From Octopus vulgaris (lineage: Eukaryota), in the NCBI GenBank assembly GCA_951406725.2, contig OX597818.1, positions 48,112,001-48,176,000 on the forward strand: a stretch of DNA of 64,000 nucleotides. The letters run 5' to 3'. Below the pieces are notes generated by a model. That model was given only the letters and a program-made list of their open reading frames with translations, was not told where the DNA came from and made no database searches. Shown here piece after piece: positions 28,401 through 43,630 of the stretch (position 1 is the stretch's first letter; every line of letters starts with the position of its first letter). The position numbers and the translations under genes were made by a program.

Positions 28401-29187
28401 TAGTGATTGTGTATATATTGTGTGTGTGTGTGTGCATAATTGTAGGTGTCACAATATTTAAATCTTTATGAAATAGTAATCAAACAAGCCAGGTAGCTAG
28501 AATATGTGTCTACTGAATTGAGTTAGTTTTGTCTTATGTATGATAGAGATGACAAAATTTATATTAAAAAATTTTAATTAGTCATCATCATCATCATTTC
28601 ATATCTGTATTGCATGCTGGCATGGATTAGGCTGTTCAACACAACAGAATCTAACTACTCTGAGAGCTGCATTGCATTCCAGTGTCTGCTTTGGCAAGAT
28701 TTCTACCACTGGACAAAGCAGACATTGGAACCCAACACAGTACTCTGGCTAGTCAGATCCTGTCACATAATTATTCTCACCATCTTAATTGTTCTTTTTG
28801 TATTGGTTAGTCTCTCTCTCTTTTACTCTTTTACTTGTTTCAGTCATTTGACTGTGGCCATGCTGGAGCAACACCTTTAGTTGAGCAAATCAACCCCAGG
28901 ACTTATTCTTTGTAAGCCTAGTACTTATTCTATCAGTTTCTTTTGCTGAAACGCTAAGTTACGGGGACGTAAACACACCAGCATCGGTTGTGAAATGATG
29001 TTGGGGGGAAAAACACAGACACATGATGATGATATACATATATGCAATGGGCTTCTTTCAGTTTCCGTCTACCAAATCCACTATTATTGTTATATTATTC
29101 ATTATAATATTTGAGCAAAAAAACAAAACTAATGAAATGAAATACTAAATATCTTTTTGTTCTGGTATTTATTTCATTGCAGACATC

Positions 29188-29293
29188 ATGAAGGGAAAAG
29201 GTAAAGGGATAGGGGACTCAAAAGATTGTCCCCTCCAATTTCCAGATCTCAAACCTGTTGATCATACAAAATCATGTCCGCTTTACTCATCAG
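29188..29293 (+). CDS. TADA3: TADA3 coding exon 1 (MKGKGKGIGDSKDCPLQFPDLKPVDHTKSCPLYSS)
   Basis: ttgcag acceptor before 29183, ATG at 29188, CAG|GTGAGT donor. KDCPLQF..K.VDH.K.CP.Y matches the ADA3 N-terminus. Confidence 0.92.
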
Positions 29294-32107
29294 GTGAGTT
29301 TTCTTTATGAATATATCTGTCTTGTTTATCCAGTATGTTGAAATGCATAAGCCCTTATATGCCCCAAAGTTTTTTAGACCATTTACTTCGTTAATTCTAT
29401 TTTTATTACCTTTTCTTCCTATGGATGATATGGTTATCCCAAGCAGATTAATGGGTAGCTGTTTCTTAAAACACATTTAATAGAATTCATTCTAAGTTCC
29501 TCTTTCACTCTACTCACAGCCACTTCCTGGTTTATTTCCACTTAAGTACATACTTTATCATTTGCCATTGCTTTTGTCTTTCCAATATTCACCTTCATGG
29601 CATTTACCTCCATCCATTCTCTCTATTCTCAACACTATATTACCTATCTACAACAACTCCCATAATAAAAACCTTTGTGCCTACTCCTCCATGACATATA
29701 CAAATATTGGGGTTTAACACTGACCCCTTATACAATCCTACCTTTACTTCAAATTCATCATTCGTTACCCACTTTCATCCTTACCACTGTCTACTCATAC
29801 ATTTGCCATGTCACTACTCTGACCAACTTTTCCTTTACTCCTACTAAGAAATTTAGGAGTAACTGTATCACTACTTCAAGTGCATCTATCAAAAGCTTTC
29901 TTCAGAGCAACAAGCCAAAAATGAATTAATTTCTTTCTTATGCCCCTGTTGTTCTGTTGTAATTGCATCAGTCATTCTATTTCCTGATATTAAACTAAAC
30001 TGCATTTAGAAAAACAGAATTGCTTATGAACAAATATAAAAAATTACATATATTTAATATTACATCTTACTAGCACTTGTGCTGGTGGCACATGAAACAT
30101 TCAGGCGAGGTCGTTGCCAGTGCCGCTGGACTGGCTCCTGTGCAGGTGGCACATAAAAAACACCATTTGAGCGTGGCCATTGCCAGTACCACCTGGCTGG
30201 CCCTCGAGCCAGTGGCACAAAAAAGCACCCACTACACACTCGAAGTGGTTGGCATTAGGAAGGGCATCCAGCTGTAGAAACTCTGCCAGATCAGATTGGA
30301 GTTTGGTTCACCAGACCTCAGTCAAATCGTCCAACTCATGCTAGCATGGAAAGCGGACGTTAAATGATGATGATGACATCAAGTTATATGATTTATCTTT
30401 AGTTTATGAATTTGGAATATTTTCAAGATACGTGGTCAATAGTTGATTCCTTGTAAAAAATTATAAACCCCATTGCTGTCTTCATTTAAGATATGTTCAA
30501 TCAGTTACTCTAAATGATCTATATTATAACTTGGAAAATTGGCATTATTAGATTTGAGATAGCAAGGGATGTTGCCAACTAATTCATAACGTGATGAAAG
30601 AGCAACTAAGCCATACACTGGCAGCCTCATATGTAGCTGTGATCCTCTACTGTTGCTATGATAAAGGTTGTTGCACTAACACTTCCAAACTGATTGTAAA
30701 GAAGAAGAATGAGAAGCATCAGTAGATTATCTCCCTTAGTAAGCATGTTCAGTTACAGTAACTGTTATACAAACTCAGGAACTGGATCAACTGCTCTGTT
30801 CACGATCTCACAAAGAAGTATGAATAGTTGTGTCTTACCTTAAGGTGGAAGAAACGAAGCCAGAAGCAGTCAGTCTATTGCAGTGCTCTGCAACCCTTTT
30901 TCTCTTGCGGTATAGTTATATTCTTTTCAGAATACAGCAGAATATTAAGGTGGCAGGCTGGCAGAAATGTTAGCACGCCGGGTGAAAGAAATAGGTATTT
31001 CGTCTGTCTTTATGTTCTGAGTTCAAATTCCGCTAAGGTCAACTTTGCCTTTCATCATTTTGGGGTCGATAAATTAAGTACCAGTTACGCACTGGGGTCG
31101 ATGTAATCAACTTACTCCATTTGGCTGTCCTTGTTTGTCCCCCCTATGTTTAGCCCCTTGTGGGCAATAAATAAATAAGAATACAGCAGCACTGTATAAC
31201 TAAAAGTATAAGGGGGAAAATTATATTCAGGTCATGCTGCAGCACACCTAGCATCATGCCAGTGTGTCATGGCATGCTGATTGTGGAGCACTGATCCATT
31301 GCATACAGAAGACACAAAAAATAAATTGTCTGAGTTGCTTCTTTACTGAAAACAAGATATCATAAACTTTGGTGCCAACTTAACCTTTTTCACCAACACT
31401 CCTTTAGTTCCATGATACAAAATTCCTGTATTAAAATTTTCTCAATTAAAAATTCCCATTGAAATTCATGTTAATTTATCTTCCAAATACCAGCCTAATA
31501 ACAAAGGTCTTAAACTAAATTCTTCATCATTTTAAGAATTAAGGGAAGAATTAATTTCTGGCACCTGTGCTGGTAGCATTTGTAAAAAGATTCGAGTGAG
31601 GTTGTTGCCAGTACCGCCTGACTGGTCCCCATGCTAGTGGCATGTAAAAGGTACCCACTACACTCTCGGAGTGGTTGGCATTAGGAAGGGCATACAGCTG
31701 TAGAAACTCTGCCAAATCAAGATTGGAGCCTGGTGCAGCCATCTGGTTCGCCAGCCCTCAGTCAAAATCGTCCAACCCATGCTAGCATGGAAAGCGGACG
31801 TTAAACGAACGATGAATGAAATGCAGTATTAAAAGGGTTAAACGGGGGCTTATTACCTTGGTGTTGGTGGAGAGACATTGACAGAGTAGTTCAGAAATTA
31901 GTAACCATTGTAGCATCTGCAAAAGAAACGGTAACTTTTTCTTTCTGTGAGCTGGTAGTTCTGCAATATTTTTGGGTGAATCATTGTCAATGAAATGAAT
32001 GTCTATTTTCTATGTAATCTAGGATGTTTGTGTGTGTAACAACAGTCCTGTTCCAGATATGGAAACTGTATTCCACTATGGATCTTAGGGAGCTTTATGG
32101 AGAGTTA

Positions 32108-32385
32108 CTTGAGTTGACTTGAGACAGCATTCACCCAGGGTGGGTTGAGCTGGCTTCATCCATCCTCAGTGCTGCATCTCTCACAAACGCCGACCAGGCC
32201 TAGCGATTTGAGGCTAACGACTGTGTGATCTCCAGCAGCGAACGCTGTAGATATGAGGTCCTAGGTTGGGTTCCAGATCAGCCTTGACTGTCATCAGCCA
32301 GGTTTTTCGTTGTCCACCACATCGCCTTCGCCAACCCTGAAGGAGAGCTGGGGCAATTGCTTCGTAGATGAATTCTCCTGGTAAC
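32108..32385 (-). mobile_element. RTE LINE 3' end
   Basis: GWRRRCGGQRKTW; CAAGT-type tail; 13-bp TSD ttatggagagtta. Confidence 0.75.
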
Positions 32386-33313
32386 TTATGGAGAGTTAGC
32401 AACTGATCAAGACTGAAGTGTGTGTCTAGCCCTAAAGAAGCAATGCAATTTTGGCAATGTGACTATAAAAGATTATCAGAGATTGAGGCCCAGCATTTTT
32501 ATTTTTGGACTTTAGTTACATATTGGTTCATATATGGAGTGGGTGTGGTACAACCAGGGCTATGGGCTCTGTTCACCAAACATCTAATTCTTTATTTATT
32601 ACGCTGATTGAAAGCACTCAACTTACATGACCTATGTGAATCATCAGGCTTCTTTTTAGTAACCTAATGTGTTAACAGCTTGGTTTAAAGGATATTGCCA
32701 AGCTAGCATTACTTTTTATATTATTTATCAAAGTCATAACTTATTATTTATCAGAGGCACAAATATTAAATTAAATTAAAAAGTAACAAAACTAACAAAA
32801 TAGACTGTTTTTACAGTGCATTCATTCCTTTTTACTTTTGATAACTCAACTCTCTGAGACTTCGCTCTACTCTGCATTTTGTGTAATGTGGAGGGACCAG
32901 AGCTCCTAGACAGGATGTCTACTTTAGTTCTCTTACTGTGGCATCCAGTTTAAAACAGCCTCTGGCTCTGTGGAAGTTGGGTGGTGACTTTAACGGAGTC
33001 TACTCTGTTGCTAGAGGATAACCTACTTATACCTTCAACAGCCGAGGAGGCCTTGGCAAAAGGGCACCACAGCTCACAAGAGTGGTTTCTCTCTTCAATA
33101 ACACAAAGAAAATAGGGCAGCCATATCTTGAAGCTCCAGTATGCAGTCCTTGCATTTAAACCCATTGGAGAATACAACATAGGTCCCTTTATTTGTTCAC
33201 CTTACATATCTTCTGTATTAATTAGTTTCAGTAGGAGGCAAAGAGACCTCTTACTTGTAGTAGGAGAGTTGTGTGGTTGTGTTGTTATTGCTGTTCTTGT
33301 CTTCTTCCTTCAG

Positions 33314-33489
33314 TCTTATCACGAACTCAAGAAGAAGGCATTGGAGGAGATGAAATTGACCGCTTACAAACAGAATTGGAAACACTGCTTGCTTCTGCAG
33401 GCAAAAGACTACAGCTGCTACAAAAAGAAATACAAACATTGAATAACTGGCAAGACAAGAAAGAGAAGAAACCTGCACCCGGCAAAGTT
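33314..33489 (+). CDS. TADA3: TADA3 coding exon 2 (VLSRTQEEGIGGDEIDRLQTELETLLASAGKRLQLL...WQDKKEKKPAPGKV)
   Basis: cttcag acceptor in phase 1, consistent with the previous exon; ADA3 motifs LQ.ELETLL and WQDKK; donor GTTAGT at 33490. Confidence 0.92.
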
Positions 33490-33894
33490 GTTAGTATAGA
33501 TATATTCCATGAGTGTTTTTCTTTATCTTATGCATTATTTTATCTTAATTTGTCACAGAATAGAAGCAGGATTGAATTAAAATAGCCATCTCTGTATCAT
33601 ACTTAATGTATACACATCATTGAAAAGCAAATTTACTGTGGTATTTGCCCAGAGGTACCATTTCTTATGGATATGCTCTGTGTGTGTATATGTTTATGTG
33701 TCTGTGTTTGTCCACCCAGCATCGCTTGACAACCGATGCTGGTGTGTTTACGTCCCTGTAACTTAGCGGTTCAGCAAAAGAGACCGATAGAATAAGTACT
33801 AGGCTTACAAAGACTAAGTCCTGGGGTCGATTTGCTCGACTAAAGGCGGTGCTCCAGCATGGCCACAGTCAAATGACTGAAACAAGTAAAAGAG

Positions 33895-33933
<39 letters not shown>

Positions 33934-36900
33934 CTTTAATTTTTCTTTAATTTTTTTTTATTGTTTTTTCATACTACAAAGTATGAATAAATATTTGTTG
34001 GATCTTACATTTGTCAGCTTGAAGCTTATGACAGATCTTTGATTAAATGACTGCAACTGATACAATAATTATATTACTATCGAACTGGTTTTTAAAAATC
34101 TTAGTTGCCTTCTTGGTCCACATCAAGACTAAATTTACTTACTCGCTCTTATTACTAGTATATGAGCTTTAAATACAAGTAAACACATTATACTCTCCCA
34201 CCCTCTTACACACCACTGTGATAGGGCTCTGTAAGGGTCTAACAATCTCTTCACAGTTACTCAGAGTGCTACAAAAACTGTTGCAAGAAACCAGAGATTG
34301 TGGACATAGGGACCTGAGTGGATTGGTGTGGTGAACAGCACATAACAGACTAGGTTAGAGATTGATGATATTCTGAGATTATATATTTAAACTAATAATA
34401 ATTCTCAACATTTCCAAGCCAAGCCTGGTTCATCTCACTGTTTAAAACTACTAGAGATAATCCTGTGTGGTAAGTAGCTTGTTTACCAACCACATGGTTC
34501 CGGGTTCAGTCCCACTGCGTGGCACCTTGGGCAAGTGTCTTCTACTATAGCCTTGGGCCGACCAAAGCCTTGTGAGTGGATTTGGTAGACGGAAACTGAA
34601 AGAAGCCCGTGGTATATATATATATATATATATATGCGTGTGTGTGTTTGTGTGTCTGTGTTTGTCCCCCTAGCATTGCTTGACAACCGATGCTGGTGTG
34701 TTTATGTCCCCCGTAACTTAGCGGTTCGGCAAAAGAGACCAATAGAATAAGTACTGGGCTTACAAAAGAATAAGTCCTGGGGTCGAGTTGCTCGATTAAA
34801 GGCGGTGCTCCAGCATGGCCACAGTCAAATGACTGAAACTAGTAAAAGAGTAAAGTTTAATTTCATTCTTGTTTATTTAAGTGTATATGTTTGTCCACCA
34901 TTGTCAGATATTTATATAAATGTCTTCTCATTGACTCAAATGTATGTTTATATGTATGTATAATACGTGTACTCATTATTTACATTCAGTTATTGGATTG
35001 TCAGATAAATTGATTTATTTCCTTCCATGGCTTAATAAATTGTTTGAACCTAAATCTGGTGATTTCTCCCGTTAAGCCATTGATAAGCTCGTGGACTGTT
35101 TGCAAGAAGTCGTGAACAAAGGAGAATGTATCATTAATTGATCTGTTAAAATTATTGCTGAACAATAAGGATTAAAATAAATGGGCAAAAGAAACCCAAT
35201 GAATTTATCTGACATTCCAATAGTTTATCATTTTATGTACATCATTTCTCTGTGAATGCTATGTAAGTGGTACTCTTTAATAATGTGTCTCATCATTTGA
35301 TGTCTGTCATCAATTTTCTTTGTTCTTTGTTGAGTTTTCTCAGGTAACATCAACCTGTTCTAATTCTCTTTCCCAGTTTAGCTCTTTCTCTCACCTCTTA
35401 TTGGCCATCACCTCACAATGCATCATCTTGCATACTTTCCCATGTTCATCATCATCATCATCATCATCGTTTAACGTCCGTTTTCCATGCTAGCATGGGT
35501 TGGACGATTTTGACTGAGGTCTGGCGAACACAGATGGCTGCACCAGGCTCCAATCTTGATCTGGCAGAGTTTCTACAGCTGGATGCCCTTCCTAACGCCA
35601 ACCACTTCGAGAGTGTAGTTGGTGCTTTTTATGCACCACCGGCACGGGGGCCAGTCAGGCGGTACTGGCAACGACCTCGCTCGAATCCTTATACACATGC
35701 CACCAGCACAGGTGCCAGTAAGGCGACGTTGGTAACAATCACGCTCGAATGGTGCCCTTTTACGTGCCACTGGAACGGAAGCCTGTTGGCTGCTCTGGCA
35801 ACGATCACGCTCGGATGGTGCTCTTGGCACCTGCTTTATTAATCTCCATCTGCAAATATATCTTTAGTCAAAGATTCGGCCATATTTATGGTTTCTATTA
35901 TATCAAGTTTCCAATCTTGAGCAATGGGTAACAGTAGTGGGATACAATCCTATTGAGACAGGATGCAGTGAGTTTGCAGGCCAATCCCTTCTGCAGAGCT
36001 TAGAACATGCTTGGCACCATAGGGGCCCAGTTGGCAAAAGGTCATCAGGCTGGATGTGGAAGCAGTGGAGGTTACCTCTCAAAGTGGCTGTGGATTAGAT
36101 GGTGTGAGCCCTAGAAGGGGTAGTGCTAACTTGACACAAGCTAGGGTTTGATCAATCCCTACTGGGTCACCTGGGTTAGGGTGCCTGATGTTGACCTCTG
36201 TGTTAAATGTCTCTATCTTCTCCTTGTCAAATGCTTCAATTAGGACGTCTCTAAATCTCTGGTTATTCAAAGGAGCTTTAATCCTAATGACCCCTAGGAA
36301 ACATTTCTGGTGCAGCACAGGATGATGATATTATAGAAAAACAAGTTCAACCAAGAAAAAATGTCATAATAATATAATATTGTGTAAAAACCATTCCATC
36401 TTCTCATTAGTCATTTGTGCTAATTTTTTTCTCTTTCATTTTTCTTTCTTTTAAAGTTTTCTGTGTAAGGTATTTATTTTAATATCTTTTTCGTAACTAT
36501 TATCATTGAGTATTTGATAACTTACAATTTTTAAAAGTGATTTGCAAACAGTGGAGAAATAAAAGAAAATTTTCATATTATAGTTGAAGCCATTTATTAT
36601 AATCAGTGATAATGTTATATGGCAGAGACGTTAGCACGCCGGGTGAAATGCTTAGCGGTATTTCGTCTGTCTTCACGTTCTGAGTTCAAATTCTGCCGAG
36701 GTCGACTTTGCCTTTCATCCTTTTGGAGTTGATTAAATAAGTACCAGTTACGCACTGGGGTCGATATAATCGACTTAATCCGTTTGTCTGTCCTTGTTTG
36801 TCTTTTCTGTGTTTAGCCCCTTGTGGGTAGTAAAAAAATAGGTATTTCGTCTGTCTTTACATTCTGAGTTCAAATTCCGCCGAAGTCGACTTCGCCTTTC

Positions 36901-37449
36901 ATTCTTTCAGGGTCGATAAATTAAGTACCAGTTGCATACTGTGGTCGATCTAATCAACTGGCCCGCTCCCCCAAAATTTCAGGCCTTGTGCCTAGCATAG
37001 AAAAGAATAATGTTATCAAGCTGCTGAGTAAGGACTCCACCAGTTTATGTTGACCATGCATCTGTACATGTATGTGCAGCTCAGGCAAGATTTTTGAGGA
37101 TGACTTGTGGTTGCCCATGTATGCATGTCACCAATGTTTATTTAAGGGAAAGGTCATTGACTTGATCCAATACAGTGTGGCACTACAGTCATGGCAGGCA
37201 TTGCTGTTAGAATATAAAAATCCAAAACAGATACCACAAGGTATCTTGCCTGACCCGCTTACTATTCCACCAATCCACCACCCTGAATTGATATTTTTTT
37301 TTTTTTTTTGATCCTGAAAGAATGGAAGATAAAGTTGATCGTGGCAGCATCTTAAACTGAAAGCACACAGATTCAGAACAAATATTGAGAGTCATTCTAT
37401 GTGACTCTCTAATGACTCTGTCAATTCACCACTAATTATAATTACAGAT

Positions 37450-37686
37450 AACATTATCAAATTGTTATTGTTATCAAAATGAATGGGTCCTAAACACACT
37501 CAGGATATTATGTTGCTATATCCTCTGCTTAATTTTATCTATCTGTTATTATTACTTAAAAGAGTCTAACATTATCAAATGGTTATTGCTATCAAAATGA
37601 ATGGGTCCTAAACACACTCAGGATATTATGTTGCTATATCCTCTGCTTAATGTTATCCATCTGTTATTATTACTTAAAAGAGTCTA
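37450..37686. repeat. 118-bp direct tandem duplication
   Basis: aacattatcaaat...acttaaaagagtcta twice with few mismatches. Confidence 0.9.
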
Positions 37687-38132
37687 TCTTGAAGTGATCA
37701 TAATAAGCAGCTTCTAGTGTATCTCAGGGCATCATATATGTTGCATTTAGATCCAACTTAACCTTTCCTCCTTTAATGTCAAAAGTAGAGGTTATTCATT
37801 CTACTTATTAAAAAAAGCCCATCTGTTTTTAGAAATATCTTTCTAATTAAAATATTACTTCTAGGATGTGTTGATGCTAATTATGTTCATGTTTAATGAC
37901 AATGTTTACTAAAATTGTTTGATAATAATCATTTAAACTAACTTTTATGTAAAAACTCAGGTAAAAGTATTGACTTCAATCAAGTAACATTGACTGACAG
38001 TGTAAAGTAATTTTATTAATTAACCATGAATAGTTTCATAGTCTTGCATATAAAGAGGGACCTCCTTCTGATATCATATGCAACACCGAATTAGTTCTGT
38101 AGGTTTCTTGCTTTGTCTCTTGTATCTTTCAG

Positions 38133-38180
38133 GAGAACAGTGTTGTGAAAAATAAAAATGAAACTTTGAAGAATTTTCCT
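38133..38180 (+). CDS. TADA3: Candidate 48-nt TADA3 exon (ENSVVKNKNETLKNFP)
   Basis: Long polypyrimidine tract ending tctttcag, GTAAGT donor, open phase 0-0 matching the flanking exons. No homology evidence. Confidence 0.6.
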
Positions 38181-40259
38181 GTAAGTATTTCTTGAATATT
38201 TACATCCTATGTAATTTAGTTATAGCGTTTATTCTGATTTTTCTTCAATCTTCATCATTTCTTTAAGAAATTTTTCAAATTTGTAATTTCAGAAAATTTT
38301 TCCTGTTAAACATTTTAAAAGTTAATTTTCACTTGGTTATATTATATCACAATAGCAATAGAACTGTCGTTTTTTGGTATATTTGTAATATTCCAGAATA
38401 ATTATATTGTTGCCAGTGTGTGAAATAATACAGCTAAAGAAAGAATTCATGAATTGTAATTGTAATACTGAATACAATTTTCAAGATATTATATAAAAAT
38501 ATTACATCTTTGCACTGGTAAAATGCTAATCTACATAGCAGAATGTAAAAATCTATGAAAAAAAAAGTTTAGTGAATGTATAGTAGTAAATGAATGGGTA
38601 TTTAAATAATTTAAACTAATTCATCACAAATGTGACATGCTAGATGCTGATGTATATATAAATCATGTATTTCGTCTTCTACATTTTGATTCTTAGTAAT
38701 TTGGTAGAGAGATCATTTCTTTAAATTTCACACACATGTGTAGGGCATACATCTTTATATACATAGTGATTGCTTTACTACTTACTCTGTTACATTCTGT
38801 CACAACTATTCCTTTCGTCTTGTTCACTCCCTCATCCCTCTCCACCTAAAATCATCACCCATTCTCGCTTCTATTCTCAACATTGCCAGACATAAGGTGA
38901 TCTTCACTAAAGCTGGTGCCAGGAAAAAAAGCACCTTGTACACTTTGTGAAGTGTTTGGTGTTAGGAAGGACATCTAGCCAAAGAAACTATGCTTAAGTA
39001 GACAGAGCATGATGCAAACCTTCAACTTGTCAGATCCTTGTCAAACCATCCAACCCGTGCCAACATGGGTGCCGGCCTTTAGCCCTTTCGTTACTGTATT
39101 TATTTTGAGATGCTCTGTTTTTCTTTCAATTAATTTAAATACAACAAAAAATTTGGTAAAATAATTTAGTTATCATTCTTCTAGTGTTAGGAACATAAAT
39201 TGTGACTAAGGTTTGGTGGAAGATTTTAATTCAAAACTTATGAAAACAAGACATTTGTACTCAGAACCAGAGCCGGTTTCAGCCAGGTTGGTAACAAAAG
39301 GGTTAAATAATGATGATGACAATTGTAGTTTATATTTGTCTTCACTTTTATGTGGCTCTTGTCAGATTCCAGTATCAGCATTTTTAAAGTTTTGTTCAAA
39401 GGTTTACTCCTTCTTCATTCCATCTTTTGTGCTGTAAACTTTTTATCACATGGTACTGCCATTAACTGTTAAGTTTATCAAATTCTACAATTCTTAGCAA
39501 TCAGTTATTTTATGTAATTTAAATGATAAAAATCTCCATCAGTTCATTGTTGCTTAGTTCCATATTAACCCTGATAGAGCAGCTTATAGTCAAAAGAATT
39601 CTCTCATTGACCATCTTGCCATTATTGCAGGCTGAGGTATCTGGGACAACATTACCCAATTTGTCCTCCCTCCCTCCATTTCTCCCCCCCTCTCTCTCTC
39701 TCTCCAAGGTTTGTCTGGTGAGTTAAGTGACTTTATAGAGGCTCTCTGAATTAATTGTTTTCTTTATTGCAACAGGGTTGATATTTCTTAATTTACAAAT
39801 TCTATTCACTTTATATTAAATGGGCATTAATTCTAGAACCCTTTTATTTTATTATCAGAATTGAGAACATAAGAATTTATGAAAAATAAAAGTTTATAAA
39901 TTGAAAAGAATAGCATGAAGATGTTAAAACTAATTTCAAATCAATTTTAGTCATTAAGCTAAACTAAATAGAATTCTTTGAGTTACGTTAGTTATATATT
40001 GTTTTAACTCTGACAGGATAGTGTTTGGTTTGGTTTCCTCTTTTTCATAAGATTGTTTCTATGAAATTTCTGGGCAAAGGTCATTAATTTCATCCAATGA
40101 AAGTTTTTTGATGTGTTGAAAATTTGTATATCTTGTCATTGTCATAAAGTCGTATATTTTCATCCCATGAAAGTGATGTGGCTTGTTCACTAGTCTGCAG
40201 TGGTGGCAGCATGGCTGTCACTTCCGTTGACCAACTTCCTGTCATCCCAATACAAATAT

Positions 40260-42060
40260 CTTGGCTCATTTGTTTCGTTTCTCATTTACAACCCCAGCTG
40301 GAGCTGCAGGATGAACAAACTGACTGATTTTATCATACCTTTTCGTAGACTACCTCAGTACAAATGATAAAGGCCGTATCTTCATGGCTGGTGACTTCAG
40401 TGGGTATGTTGGGTAACAGTTAGGTGACTTCAGTGGTGTGCATGGAGGTTAAGGGGTTGGTTCCCTAAATGCGGAGGTAAGAAGGCTACTGGAGTTCTGT
40501 AATGCTAACAACCTAATGGTCTGCAACACTAACTTCAGGAAACTACCCAGTCTCCTGGTTACTTATCAATCTGGTGGCCACATGAGACAGATTGACTACA
40601 TTCTCACTAGAAAGTGGAATAGATGGCTGCTCATAAATGCAGAGAGTTTCACGGGGAAGGAATATATTCTTCAGCATAGGTTGGTCATTAGCAACTTTGG
40701 ATTTGAGGCTTGAAGGGTTCCAAGAAGCAAACCAGTTTGGAAAAGGAAGATTTGGAAGCTTAAGGACACATCGAATAGTTTGAGCTTTAGAGACATCCTA
40801 ACTGAAGCATTCAACAAAGCGGAGATGATAGGGACACCAAACATAGAGACCAACTGGAAATTACTATGAGGCAACTTACTGAGGGCCACAGACTAAATCT
40901 ATGGCTGGTGCTTAGCCCCAACCAGACCTAGGGTGACATGGTAGTGGAACAGTGAAGTAGACAGGGCCATAAGAGCAAAGAAACAGGTCTGTAAGAGTGG
41001 AGGTAGCGGAGAACTATACCAGGCAGCTGGAAGAGAAGCTAGGCAACAGGTATATTTTAGGGCGGCGAGCTGGCAGAAACATTAGCACGCCGGGCGAAAT
41101 GCTTAGCAGTATTTCGTCTGCCGCTACATTCTGAGTTCAAATTCTGCTGAGGTCGACTTTGCCTTTCATCCTTTCGGGGTCGATAAATTAAGTACCAGTT
41201 ACACACTGGGGTCGATGTAATTGACTTAATCCGTTTGTCTGTCCTTGTTTGTCCTCTCTGTGTTTAGCCCCTTGTGGGTAGTAAAGAAATGGGTATATTT
41301 AGCTAGGGAAGAAACAGAAAAGAAGAAGTCTGTCATTGTTCTGTAACATGAGGACCAGAGGCATGAGGTTAGTCAAACAAAATTGTGATGTATGTTTCGA
41401 TGGATGATGGTACTCTTGTACTTAGTGATTCTGCAAAGAAAAAGGCATTGTGGTGCTATTATGAAGGGCAGCTAAATGTAGAGAATGCATGGGTGAAGGT
41501 AAATCTTCTTAACATGAGCACAACGGAAGGACCAACTATCCAAGTTGATAGCAGCATGATAGATAAAGCAATTGAGGATATAAAGACAGGAAAAGCCCCT
41601 GGCCCATCAGGAATTACTGCTGAGACGCTTAAAATATCTGGCAGAGTGAGATGTGGCTTAGTCATCCGTATAATTAATCAGGTTGTCCAGGAAGAGGTCA
41701 TACCCAATAACTGGTGTAGCAGCATTATAGTCAACTGCTAAAAGGTAAAGAAGATGCCTTAGGCAGAAGTGATTACAGAGGTATCAAATTGCTGGATGTG
41801 CAATGCCAGTGTGCATGTATGACATGCACACTGGCATTGTTTTGAGTGAAAAATTGAGTGTAAGAGGCATCAGATGTTGTGTGCAAGAGAAAAGACTGCA
41901 CTGGTATGGTCATGTGATGCATATGGATGAAGACAGCTGCATAAAGAAGAGCCGATCTCTAAATGTGGTGGGGGAACCTCAGCAAGAGGAAAACATGGGA
42001 CAAAGTGTTGAGAGATGATTTTCAGGTGTTGAGCTTCATTGGGTTGATGACAAAGGACCA
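40260..42060 (+). mobile_element. Degenerate RTE-clade LINE (APE endonuclease to RT, internally deleted) with a nested SINE B at about 41060-41290
   Basis: AGDF, LMVCNTNF, QIDYIL, KAPGPSGITAE.LK and RLHWYGHV motifs with stops. Confidence 0.85.
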
Positions 42061-43630
42061 AAACAACAGGTGCATTGTTGTGCCTGAGAAGACACATCCA
42101 GCCAAGTAAAATCAAGGCCGTAAAGGCATGTCCTTTACATCCATGCACCACCACCCTACAAACAATCAGTCCCTGGCAGACCTCTTCCCCCATGTTCCAT
42201 CTTCCCAACACCTCCTTTCCCTCCACCCATGCTCACCACCCTCAGTATTCCCCTCTCCTCTGTCTCCCACTCACCCTTGCTATCCTACCTGCACACAAAT
42301 GTCTTGTCAAATCTCTTCCCCACAGCATACCCTTCTAATCCCCACTCCATCTTTCACTCTCCATTTGCAGTATTGTAAACTTACTCATCCTCTCAAATCC
42401 CCTTCACTATATACACCTCCCTGTAACTTGAGTCTATACCCCATCATATGTACACCATCTTATTTCTGCCTCTCTCTCTTTTTCCACCTGAGATATAGCC
42501 ATGTTTCTCCTCTACTACTAGACCCCTGTTTCTGTCCCTCAATAGTACACATCAGTTGAGACTGGGAGAAGTGAGGGGGAACTCTTGTCTTTCAAGTTAC
42601 TTGGTGGCCTCACTGCTGCCAGTACCACTTAAAAAGCACCCAATACACTCTGTAAAGTGGTTGGCATTATGAAGAGCTGTAGAAACGATGCCAATGCAAA
42701 CAGTAGAACTTGAGGCAGTCCAACTTTTACCAGCATGGAAAGCAGACATTAAATGATGATGATGATGATTTATTTGGAATTATTTTTCGTATAGTCTCCT
42801 ATTTTCCCAAGCTTGTTCTTGAGGTACAGGGCCTATTTAACTGTAAGACAGGAAGACTGGTTCATCCAACATCAAAGCATGTTCACACCCAATAGTCCTG
42901 TGTGACACATGTCTAAAGGCCATCCCTCCTCTGAGCCCTTATGTTTCAGCCACAATACCATCTGCTAGTTGACCCATAACTAGTGCTCTTGACAGGTACT
43001 AATAGTCTAAACACTGCTAGTATTAATTGTCTTTCATCTGAAATATATGTTTGTATAAGGCGGCGAGGTGGCAGAAACATTAGCACACCGGACGAAATGT
43101 TTAGTGGTATTTTGTCTGTTTTTACATTCTGAGTTCAAATTCATCCGAGGTCGACTTTGCCTTTCATCCTTTCAGAGTCAATAAATTAAGTACCAGTTGC
43201 ATACTGGTGTCGATCTAATCGACTGAACTCCCTCCCCAAAAATTTCAGGCAAGCTGGCAGAAACGTTAGCACACTGTGCGAAATGTTTAGTGGTATTTTG
43301 TCTGTCTTTACATTCTGAGTTCAAATTCCACCGAGATTGACTTTGCCTTTCATCCTTTCGGAGTCAATAAATTAAGTACCAGTTGCATACTGGGGTCGAT
43401 CTAATCGACTGACCTCCCTCCCCAAAAATTTCAGGCCTTGTGCCTAGAATAGAAAAGAATATATGTTTGTATGTCTTCACAATAAATACAAGGTCAGAAT
43501 ACAAATGTTAGCAGTCTACTAATAGATTTAAAAGTATGTTTTTTAGATGAAGGTTAAACATCAGCATTTAGCTTGTACAAGAAAGATCAATACTATATGT
43601 TACTTTATATATATATACATATATATATAT

